The translations under genes and the position numbers were made by a program. Under the pieces are notes generated by a model. The model made no database searches, had not been told where the DNA came from, and worked only from the letters and a program-made list of their open reading frames with translations. A DNA stretch of 13,756 bases, taken from Candidatus Methylomirabilota bacterium. GTDB taxonomy: Bacteria > Methylomirabilota > Methylomirabilia > Rokubacteriales > CSP1-6. The stretch is from positions 1 through 13,756 of the forward strand of contig JBKPAK010000301.1 in assembly GCA_046726415.1 (NCBI GenBank), written 5' to 3'. How positions within the stretch are numbered: the stretch's first letter is position 1; every line of letters starts with the position of its first letter. This document shows positions 1 through 7,435 of this stretch, one piece after another.

Positions 1-44
1 GGGCGGCCAATCGCCCCACTCGCCCCCGCGACGAAGATGTTCAT
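1..44 (-). CDS. 5' end of a second, divergent copy of the NAD-dependent epimerase/SDR gene (runs off the window)
   Basis: Minus-strand ATG at 44 with the same AGGAGA RBS. It translates MNIFVAGASGAIGR, identical to 171..; the one coding difference is synonymous (ATT vs ATC). Confidence 0.6.
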   Translation of the reverse strand, partial: MNIFVAGASGAIGR

Positions 45-214
45 ATCGGTCTCCTGTGGTGTATACGGCTGGCGTAGACGAAGCGGCTCGCTTCTTCCGC
101 GGGGTAGTTCCGGGGACGACTAAGCGGGCCGCTTCGTCTACGCCAGCCGTATACACCACAGGAGACCGACATGAACATCTTCGTCGCGGGGGCGAGTGGG
201 GCGATCGGCCGCCC
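1..214. repeat. Long inverted repeat: arms 1-93 and 122-214, 28-bp spacer (94-121)
   Basis: Bases 1-93 are the reverse complement of 122-214 with 3 mismatches (9/206, 45/170, 88/127). The left arm is cut by the window edge, so the repeat may be longer. Confidence 0.97.
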
Positions 215-1079
215 GCTCCTCGCCGAGTTGGTCCGTCACGGTCACGCCGTAACAGGCATGACCAACTCCGACGCCGGCGCACGGGTCATCGCGGGCCTCG
301 GCGCGGCTGTCGCCCAGGTGAGCGCGTTCGACGCACCGGCACTGGAACGGGCGCTTCAGGAGTCACGGGCGGAAGTCGTCATCGATGAGTTGACGGCGTT
401 GCCCCGGCACCCGTCGGGAATGGCCGCCGCCGCGGCCGGCGACCGGAAGTTGCGCCTCGAAGGCGGCGGGAACCTCCACCGCGCCGCGCGGGCGTGCGGG
501 GTGCGGCGGTACCTCCAGCAGTCCAGCGGCTTCTTCCTCAAACCGGGCAGCGGGCTGGCCGACGAGTCCGAGGGCATGGCGGTCGATGCCAGCCCCCGCG
601 TGGCGGCGAGCGCGCGCGCCTACGCCGAGCTGGAGTCGCGGGTGCTGAACACGGAGGGTATCGAAGGGGTCGCCCTGCGGTATGGGTTCTTCTACGGGCC
701 GGGCACCTGGTACAACCCGGACGGCGCCGCCGCGGACCAAGCGCGGAAGCAGGAACTCGCGATCATCGGCGCGGGTGAAGGCGTCTGGTCGTGGGTCCAC
801 ATCGAGGACGCGGCGGTCGCAACGGTCGCCGTCCTGACGGCCCCGCCGGGCATATATCATCTCGTCGATGACGACCCGTCCCCGGTCAGCCGCTGGCTAC
901 CGGCGTTCGCGCGGTGGGTCAGGGCCCTGGCCCCGCCCCGGGTGACGGAACAGGAGGGGCGAGAACGGGGCGGCGAGGATGCCGTGTACTACGGCACGAA
1001 GCTCCGCGGGGCGACAAACGGGAAGGCGAAAAAGACTCTGAACTTCACGCCCCGTCGGCTGCAATGGTTGGACCAATGA
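171..1079 (+). CDS. NAD(P)-dependent epimerase/dehydratase (atypical SDR)
   Basis: 302 aa; N-terminal Rossmann motif IFVAGASGAIG, LRYGFFYGPG, SWVHIEDAA; RBS AGGAG upstream. Confidence 0.93.
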   Translation: MNIFVAGASGAIGRPLLAELVRHGHAVTGMTNSDAGARVIAGLGAAVAQVSAFDAPALERALQESRAEVVIDELTALPRHPSGMAAAAAGDRKLRLEGGGNLHRAARACGVRRYLQQSSGFFLKPGSGLADESEGMAVDASPRVAASARAYAELESRVLNTEGIEGVALRYGFFYGPGTWYNPDGAAADQARKQELAIIGAGEGVWSWVHIEDAAVATVAVLTAPPGIYHLVDDDPSPVSRWLPAFARWVRALAPPRVTEQEGRERGGEDAVYYGTKLRGATNGKAKKTLNFTPRRLQWLDQ

Positions 1080-1107
1080 AAGGATTGTCACGGGTGTGCG
1101 TGGCTGC

Positions 1108-1205
1108 GCCGACCAGCCGCTGCACCTGACCAGGGCCGTCATTCCGGTTTTGCCGGGTTCGTAGCTCACTCAGGCAGCCCCGGCAGGTGAGCTTGATCGT
1201 TCGGT
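1108..1205 (+). mobile_element. Integron attC-like recombination site (degenerate R'')
   Basis: GCCGAC-CAGCC-GCTGCACCTG-A-CCAGGGCC ... GGCAGCCCCGG-CAGGTGAGC-TTGATC-GTTCGGT. L'' GCTgCACCTG pairs with L' CAGGTGAGC leaving one extra base, a second unpaired base follows, and the site ends with a GTT core. It lies ~30 bp after a stop codon and ~50 bp before the next ATG. Confidence 0.75.
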
Positions 1206-1228
1206 CGCAAATGTCGGTGGGTATTCGG

Positions 1229-1247
1229 CTCCACTGTCACAGTGGAG
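1229..1247. repeat. Perfect palindrome CTCCACTGT-C-ACAGTGGAG overlapping the RBS of the hydrolase remnant
   Basis: 9-bp perfect arms with a 1-nt centre; the GGAGG RBS at 1244-1248 lies in the right arm. Confidence 0.7.
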
Positions 1248-1254
1248 GAACACC

Positions 1255-1335
1255 ATGAAGACAGTGGTCTCAAAAGACGGCACGCCCATCGCATATTGGC
1301 GCAGTGGCTCGGGGACGCCGCTAATTTAGCTTCAT
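1255..1335 (+). pseudogene. Alpha/beta hydrolase N-terminal remnant
   Basis: GGAGG RBS, then MKTVVSKDGTPIAYWRSGSGTPLI*LH, matching the typical hydrolase start (SKDGTxIAY..G.GPPLxLxHG). Premature TAG at 1327-1329; similarity is lost after ~1335. Not in the supplied ORF track. Confidence 0.8.
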
Positions 1336-1403
1336 CACCCGATCCACGCTGCACGCCAACGGCGGCGGCGCAGCGGCCTGACCCCTCACGAAAGGAGACC
1401 ACC

Positions 1404-1829
1404 ATGCCCTCAGCCGAGCGCATCGAGGCGCTACACAACGCGCTGACCGTGATCCAGAGCGTCACACCACCTTTCATCCCCGCCAACGCCGAGGTGATGA
1501 CGGCCATCATCGAGTGGCCGCCAGGCGATCCCGGCGCACCCCCGCACCGTCATCCCGGCGGGCCCGCGTTCGGCTACGTGCTCGAAGGTGAGATGCTGTT
1601 CGAACTCGAAGGCCAGCCGCTGCGGGTCCTCAAGGCCGGTGAGGCGTTCTGGGAACCCGGTGGCGACGTCATCCACTATTCGGACGCCAACAACCGCACC
1701 GACGTTCGGCTGCGCTTCGTGGTCAACATGCTGTGCGTGCCCGGCCAGCCGATGCTCGTCATCGTCGACGACGAGGAACTCGAAGCACGCAAGGACCGGC
1801 GCGTGCCGCGCGAGGTGTCCGGTGACTGA
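1404..1829 (+). CDS. Cupin domain protein
   Basis: AAAGGAG RBS before ATG 1404; cupin motifs PPHRHPGGPAFGYVLEGE and LKAGEAFWEPGGDVIHY. The upstream extension to 1242 in the ORF track is not credible. Confidence 0.9.
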   Translation: MPSAERIEALHNALTVIQSVTPPFIPANAEVMTAIIEWPPGDPGAPPHRHPGGPAFGYVLEGEMLFELEGQPLRVLKAGEAFWEPGGDVIHYSDANNRTDVRLRFVVNMLCVPGQPMLVIVDDEELEARKDRRVPREVSGD

Positions 1830-1902
1830 ACTCGACGACGTGATCTGGGCGCGTCACTCGGCGCGGATGTTCCTGCCGGACAAGCCCTTTCTGCGGGAAC
1901 TC
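1822..1902 (+). pseudogene. Nitroreductase N-terminal remnant
   Basis: GTG overlapping the cupin end; (M)TELDDVIWARHSARMFLPDKPFLREL resembles the nitroreductase 'I..RRS.R.F...PV..E' start. It is fused in frame to terminase sequence. Confidence 0.7.
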
Positions 1903-2663
1903 CGGGAGGACGCGCCGGTGCTGGTGTGGAAGGCCCCCACGACCACCATGAATCCGGATATCCCGAGCGGCTGGTCCCGGAGGCGCTCGAACGCGACCAG
2001 GCCCGCGTCCGCGCAGAATGGCTCGCCGAGTTCCGGGACGATCTGAGCGGCTACATCAGTTCCGATGCGCTCCGGGCGGTGGTCGACACAGGCCGGGGCG
2101 GGGATGCGCCGCTCGCGGCGCCCCTCGCCGAGGGCGACTACCTCGCGTTATGCGATCCGGCGACCGGCAGCGGCACGGATTCGATGGCGCTGGCGATCGC
2201 CCATGTCGAGCAGGAGTCCGCCGGGCGATTCATCGCCGTGGTCGACCTCGTGCAAGAGGTCCGCCCGCCTTTCAATCCTGAGGATGTCACTCGCGACTTT
2301 GCCGCGCTTGTCCGGGCTTTTGGCCTCGCGATGGTTCACGGCGACCGGTTCGCTGCCGGATGGACGGAGGCGGCATTCGCCCGGTCGGGAATGAAGTACG
2401 AGCCAAGCCCGCTGAGTAAGAGTGAGATCTACATCGGCATGCTGTCGCTCATCAACAGCCGGCAGGTGGAGTTGCCGGACATCCCGCGGTTGGTGACGCA
2501 GCTATCGAGCCTGCAGCGCCGCGTGGGAAGCGGTGGCCGAGAGAGTGTCGACCATGCGCCGCGCGCCGGGGCGCATGACGACCTCGCAAACTGCGCCGCG
2601 GGCGCCGCCGTCATGGTGCACCGCCTGATTAGCACGCCCAGGCCGAAACCGGTGTTTGTGTGA
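1903..2663 (+). pseudogene. Phage terminase large subunit, C-terminal (nuclease) part; 5'-truncated and frameshifted
   Basis: REDAPVLVWKAPTTTMNPDI, frameshift at ~1963-1965, then ERLVPEALERD...AEWLAEFRDD, with RNase H-like acidic motifs ALCDPATG..DSMALAIAH, HGDRFA and HDDLAN. No ATPase domain or start codon. Confidence 0.75.
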
Positions 2664-2727
2664 CTATCTGGCGCTTCCTCCGCCGTGGCGGCGCTGACCA
2701 GGGGATGCCGCGCCTGCCTCTTCTCGT

Positions 2728-2874
2728 GTGCGTCGGCATCGGCGCTGCACCTGGTGTGATGCCCACGACCACCGGGCTTCGGCGTGCCCCGACCCGCGCG
2801 CCTATCGCGAAGAGGCTGAACGCTTCTGCGCGATGGTACGTGCCCGTCGCGTGTGGTTTCCGGGAGATAGCTGA
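2728..2874 (+). CDS. Putative 48-aa CCHC zinc-knuckle microprotein (possibly the 3' part of a frameshifted gene starting at GTG 2660)
   Basis: MRRHRRCTWCDAHDHRASACPDPRAYREEAERFCAMVRARRVWFPGDS contains an exact C-X2-C-X4-H-X4-C; no clear RBS. Confidence 0.4.
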   Translation: MRRHRRCTWCDAHDHRASACPDPRAYREEAERFCAMVRARRVWFPGDS

Positions 2875-3058
2875 TGGAGTGCGTGATCTTTCGCAGAAAG
2901 AAATGCCAGCCACGTCGTGAGCACCCAGCCAGGTTGGCCCGTGTGCACCGGAATCACCTCGAAAGTCACCACTGGAAGGCGAGGTCGAGGAGCTGCGCCG
3001 ACTACTGGCTCAGGAGGAGGGGCATCTGGAGGAGCTCGAGGACCTGATCGCCGAGCTC

Positions 3059-3517
3059 GGGCGTGAGCTCTTCCCCGAGATGACGGTCGAGGAAAACTTG
3101 ATTATGGGCGCTTACGCCAGGCGCGATCGCCGGCCGGTCGTCCAGGACCTCGAGCGCACGTTCGACCTGTTCCCGGAGCTTCGAGGGCGCCGCGCTCAGG
3201 TGGCCGAAACGCTGAGTGGCGGCCAGCAGCAGATCGTCGCCATCGGACGGGCACTCATGGCTCGACCGCGCTTGCTGCTCCTCGATGAGCCCAGCCTCGG
3301 CCTCGCCCCGCTGCTCGTCGGCCGGATCTTCGACGCGATCAGGGCGATCAATCGCACGGGCGTCACCGTCCTGGTGGTGGAGCAGAACGCCCACCGGGCG
3401 CTGCCGCTCTCGGAGTGCACGTACGTCCTGGACACGGGCCGGGTGGTCCTGACCGGCCCGAGCGCTCAGCTCATCGCCGATCCGCGGATCAAGCAGTCGT
3501 ACCTCGGCGAGCTCTGA
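3059..3517 (+). pseudogene. livF: Branched-chain amino acid ABC transporter ATPase (LivF-like), 5'-truncated
   Basis: GRELFPEMTVEENL, signature LSGGQQQ, Walker B LLLLDEPSLGLAP, VEQN. No Walker A motif, and no permease genes nearby. Confidence 0.85.
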
Positions 3518-3788
3518 GAGGGCGCAGCGGCGTTCGTCGCAGGCAGTAAGACGGACGCTGCCCGCCATCGGACAGGCAGGCGTCTGACTATCGGCGTGAT
3601 AGCGGCACTTTCGAGAAGACTCACCCGATAGGGCTGAATCGAGGGGCTGCCTCGGCAGAAAATCGCTTCCCATCGGCGCACGGCTGGGAGGCCGATGCGA
3701 TCCCGTTGACCTATCGGTATTGCCGATTGGACCCGCGCCGGCTCATGCCCCACTCTGTGAGGCGACTACTCAAGGAGGAGATCGATCC

Positions 3789-4904
3789 ATGGATCGACGC
3801 ACGTTCTTGACGGTGAGCGCCGGCCTTCCGGTAGCCGCCGCTGCTTCACAGCTTCCAGGTCTGGCACCGGTCGCCCTGGCTCAGCACAAGGAATTCGACC
3901 CGCGTCCCGGGACCTGGCGCACCTTCGAGGTCACCACCCGGGTCGAGATCCTGAACGCACGTGGCGTGACTCGCGTCTGGCTCCCCGTCCCAGCCGTCAA
4001 GGCGGAGTATCAGAGTCCCCTCGAGAGCAAGTGGTCGGGCAACGCCAAGACGCTGCAGCTGGTGGACGACGGGAAGTACGGCGCAACCATGCTCTACGCC
4101 GAGTTCGCCGACGGCGAGACGGCGCCAGTGGTGGAGCTGGTCAGTGGGGTGAAGACGCAGAGTCGCGCACTCGACTGGTCGAAGCCGAAGCCCGCGCAGG
4201 AAAGTGCGGCGGCGCTCCGCACGTGGACCGCTTCGACCGAGCTGATGCCGACCGACGGCATCGTCAGGGAGACCGCTCTCGACATCACGCGCGGCAAGGG
4301 CCGCGACCTCGAGAAGGTGAAGGCCGTCTACGACTGGATCCTCGTCAACACCTATCGCGAGCCGAAGGTGCGCGGCTGCGGCGTGGGTGACATCAAGGCG
4401 ATGCTGGAGACGAAGAACTTCGGGGGCAAGTGCGGCGACATCAACGCCCTGTTCGTCGGCCTGCTCCGCGCGGCCGCCGTGCCCGCCCGCGACATCTATG
4501 GCATCCGCGTCGCGCCGTCGGCGTTCGGCTACAAGGCGCTCGGCACCGGCGGCGCGACGATTTCCAAGGCCCAGCACTGCCGGGCCGAGGTCTTCCTGAA
4601 GGAATACGGCTGGGTGGCCATGGACCCCGCGGACGTCGGCAAGGTGGCGCGCGAGGAGACCAGCGAGTGGCTGAAGATCGACCATCCGCTCGTGGCCGCC
4701 GTCCGGCCGAAGCTCTTCGGCGGCTGGGAGGGCAACTGGATCGCCTTCAACACGGCCCACGACATCGCGCTGCCCGGCTCGACCAAGGGCGGCAAGCTAG
4801 GTTTCCTGATGTACCCGCAGGGCGAGACGGCGGATGGACACCTCGACAGCCTGGATCCGGAGACTTTCAAGTACACGATCACGTCGCGTGAGATCAGGTC
4901 CTGA
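3789..4904 (+). CDS. Tat-exported transglutaminase-like (Cys-His-Asp) protein
   Basis: AAGGAGGAG RBS; twin-arginine signal MDRRTFL...PVALA; catalytic motifs GGKCGDIN, QHCRAEV, WVAMDPAD. Confidence 0.92.
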   Translation: MDRRTFLTVSAGLPVAAAASQLPGLAPVALAQHKEFDPRPGTWRTFEVTTRVEILNARGVTRVWLPVPAVKAEYQSPLESKWSGNAKTLQLVDDGKYGATMLYAEFADGETAPVVELVSGVKTQSRALDWSKPKPAQESAAALRTWTASTELMPTDGIVRETALDITRGKGRDLEKVKAVYDWILVNTYREPKVRGCGVGDIKAMLETKNFGGKCGDINALFVGLLRAAAVPARDIYGIRVAPSAFGYKALGTGGATISKAQHCRAEVFLKEYGWVAMDPADVGKVAREETSEWLKIDHPLVAAVRPKLFGGWEGNWIAFNTAHDIALPGSTKGGKLGFLMYPQGETADGHLDSLDPETFKYTITSREIRS

Positions 4905-4914
4905 TCTCGTCGCC

Positions 4915-5460
4915 GTGGCGAACCGGTCCCGCAGGTTCTCGCGCATCGCGTTGGCAGCGGTGATCGGGGCATGGGTCGTCGGCGCCTGCCTCGTCGGGGC
5001 TGGCGCCTCGCGTGCGGAAGAGTCGCGCTTCATCCCGTGGAAGGAGGCGCCGACACCCGCGCTCGTGCTCCGCGACCTGTCTGGCCGGCCGCAGGCGCTG
5101 GCCGACTACCGCGGCCAGGTCGTGCTCCTCAACTTCTGGGCGACGTGGTGCGAGTTCTGCAAGGACGAGGTCGCCAGCATGAAGAAGCTCCAGGAGCAGC
5201 TGACGGGAAAGCCCCTGGCGATCCTCTCCATCAACTACGGCGAATCGCCGTCCAGGGTCCGCGAGTACGCGAAGCATCTTTCCGCGAACGTCGAGGTGCT
5301 CCTCGATCCCGATCAGGAGGCGGCGCGGGCCTGGCGAGTCCGCGTCATCCCATCGAGCTTCCTGGTCGACGGCGACGGTCGCGTCCGGTACAGCGTGATC
5401 GGCAATCTCGACTGGGCGAGCGATGACGCCGTGAGGAGGGTGCGCGGGCTCCTGCGCTGA
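4915..5460 (+). CDS. TlpA/ResA-family thiol-disulfide oxidoreductase
   Basis: Hydrophobic N-terminal signal/anchor, LLNFWATWCEFC, cis-Pro loop VRVIPSSFLVD. Start uncertain (GTG 4915 chosen). Confidence 0.9.
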   Translation: MANRSRRFSRIALAAVIGAWVVGACLVGAGASRAEESRFIPWKEAPTPALVLRDLSGRPQALADYRGQVVLLNFWATWCEFCKDEVASMKKLQEQLTGKPLAILSINYGESPSRVREYAKHLSANVEVLLDPDQEAARAWRVRVIPSSFLVDGDGRVRYSVIGNLDWASDDAVRRVRGLLR

Positions 5461-5464
5461 ACCC

Positions 5465-5484
5465 GCGGGCGAGAACGCGCCCGC
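5465..5484 (+). other. GC hairpin GCGGGCG-AGAACG-CGCCCGC immediately after the TlpA stop
   Basis: Perfect 7-bp stem with no U-tract, so its function (stabiliser, pause or weak terminator) is uncertain. Confidence 0.35.
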
Positions 5485-5545
5485 CGGATCGTGTCGCCCG
5501 AACGCGGGCCGTGGCAAAATCATCGAGCAACGCAAGGAGGATGGC

Positions 5546-6049
5546 ATGTCCATCAAGGTAGGTGACCGACTCCCCGAGGGAATCCTGACCGAGCTGATCG
5601 ACACCGAGCGGCCGGGTTGCACCATCGGCCCCAACACCTGCTCGGTGAGCGCCGAGACCAAGGGAAAGCGCATCGTCATCTTCGCGGTGCCCGGCGCGTT
5701 CACCCCCACCTGCTCGGCCAAGCACGCGCCCGGATACGTGCAGAACTACGCCGCGCTGAAGGCCAAGGGCCTCGACGAGATCTGGTGCGTGGCCGTCAAC
5801 GACGCCTTCGTGATGGGAGCCTGGGGAAGGGACCAGAAGGCCGGCGGCAAGGTGCGCATGATGGCGGACGGCAGCGCCACCTTCACGAAGGCCCTCGGCC
5901 TCGACATGGACCTCACCGCGCGCGGCATGGGCGTGCGCTCGCAGCGTTACTCCATGCTGGTCGAGGACGGCGTGGTGAAGCGGCTGAACGTCGAGGCGCC
6001 CGGCAAGTTCGAGGTGAGCAGCGCGGAGGGAATGCTGGCGCAGCTCTGA
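5546..6049 (+). CDS. Peroxiredoxin, Prx5 (type II) family
   Basis: AAGGAGG RBS; VPGAFTPTCS, VNDAFVMGAW, RSQRYSMLVEDG. Confidence 0.96.
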   Translation: MSIKVGDRLPEGILTELIDTERPGCTIGPNTCSVSAETKGKRIVIFAVPGAFTPTCSAKHAPGYVQNYAALKAKGLDEIWCVAVNDAFVMGAWGRDQKAGGKVRMMADGSATFTKALGLDMDLTARGMGVRSQRYSMLVEDGVVKRLNVEAPGKFEVSSAEGMLAQL

Positions 6050-6871
6050 GATTCGGCGTCTCGCCCGGTCGAATAGTATTACAAGCCCGAGGCGGCGAAT
6101 GACGCTCGTCAGCGACATCGCGCCTCCGACGTGGCTTCGAGGATGCGATGTCGGGCGCAGTACCCGGTGACGTCGCGCTCCGGACCGACACCTCGGCCAT
6201 GGCCATGCTCCCGTTACTGACCCAAGCTCATGTTGAGCAGGTGCGCCAGCCGGACCCCGGCGCGCCCATCTTCTCAACCTGAGCCTGGGGCAGTAGCCGC
6301 TCGCTCGAGCGCAGGAGAGGAGGCGTGTCCATGAGCAGGGTAACGGGAGACCAGAGCGGATCTGTCTTCGGGCTCGCGGAGTAGAGAGTAAATATAGCGT
6401 AATCGGCACGTGGCAGATGAGCGTGCCGTAGGCCGGGCGCCGGCACTTGCCGAAAGCGTTTGCACCCGCCCTCCTCCCTGATCAGAGGGCACGCCAATCT
6501 GGTCGGTCGGTGGCAGGCAGAAGGTGTCCGTGCACAGGCTTATTCACGCCCTCCGCCGCCCTGTGGATCCCCGCCCGATGTGATCGGTCGACAGCAAAGG
6601 CCGGAGGCTGATGGCACGCCGCTTCCGCGTCGCCTAGTTGATGGTCGGGGTAGGCGGGGTGGGGACGAGCGGCCCATCAATTCGCCAGCCGCCATGCCGT
6701 CCACGCCCGGAGGATCATCGGCTTGTCGAGCACCTGATTTGTCTCCGGCGTTGGCCCCTGCTCCATCCTCCGGCCGATGATGCGCCGGGTGAGCCTGTCG
6801 AGCCTGATCCAGGCGGCCACCGGGTCGAGTGAGACTCCCAGAGACTAGGCAGGGTCCAGCGGGCGGCTTCC

Positions 6872-7300
6872 TCAGGGGACGAACATCAACGTATCGGACG
6901 CGGAGCCGAGGATGTCCTCGTCCCTGAGCACCCCATTTGCCAACGCGCCCGCAGGTGTCGCGAAGATCTCGATGGTGTACGGGCCGGGTGGGGCGGCTGG
7001 CGGCCACACCAAGCTCAAGAAGTTGGGGACTGCCACGTTCAGCCCCGCCGGGATCGCGAGGTTGTCGAAGTAGGGCGGGAACATGTCGGCCGGGTCAGAC
7101 GCGCATGCCAGCACGAGCCCCGTGCCCCCATCGACTGCGAACACCACCGCGTCCTCGTCCGGGCACCCCAATTGAGGCCCCGCGGCCGGCGGCAGAGTGG
7201 CCAGAGGTACACGTCGGCAACAACGGAAGCCCCTGTGTTGGTTGCGGTGACGCTGATCTGCACCGCCTCGCCCGGTCGCACCGTCTCACGACTCAGTGTC
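6872..7300 (-). pseudogene. Remnant of a beta-rich C-terminal domain of a secreted/surface protein
   Basis: LSRETVRPGEAVQISVTATNTGASVVADVYL, frameshift at ~7197-7204, then TLPPAAGPQLGCPDEDAVVF...LACASDP...WPPAAPPGPYTIEIFATPAGALANG...TLMFVP*. Two frames join into one coherent domain; no start or signal peptide. Confidence 0.6.
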
Positions 7301-7435
7301 GTGTCTCGAAATCTCGGATGGTTCGCCCGGGGGTGTCAAATCCGGGCTCGATTCCATGGGCGTCGCCGCGCGCGACGCCCCTCGCCTATTCGACACGGCC
7401 TTCCCGTCCTGGCGGGCCGCCAAGGCTCCACGACC

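Noticed and set aside
1242..1403. N-terminal extension of the cupin ORF
   Set aside because: It overlaps the hydrolase remnant in another frame, and a clear RBS supports ATG 1404.
2742..2756. GCTGCACCTG, same as the L'' box of the attC-like site
   Set aside because: No complementary CAGGTGAGC arm or GTT core follows; chance match.
3846..6409. Long minus-strand ORFs 3846-4760, 4894-5721 and 5345-6409
   Set aside because: They overlap the well-supported transglutaminase, TlpA and Prx genes on the opposite strand and have no family motifs.
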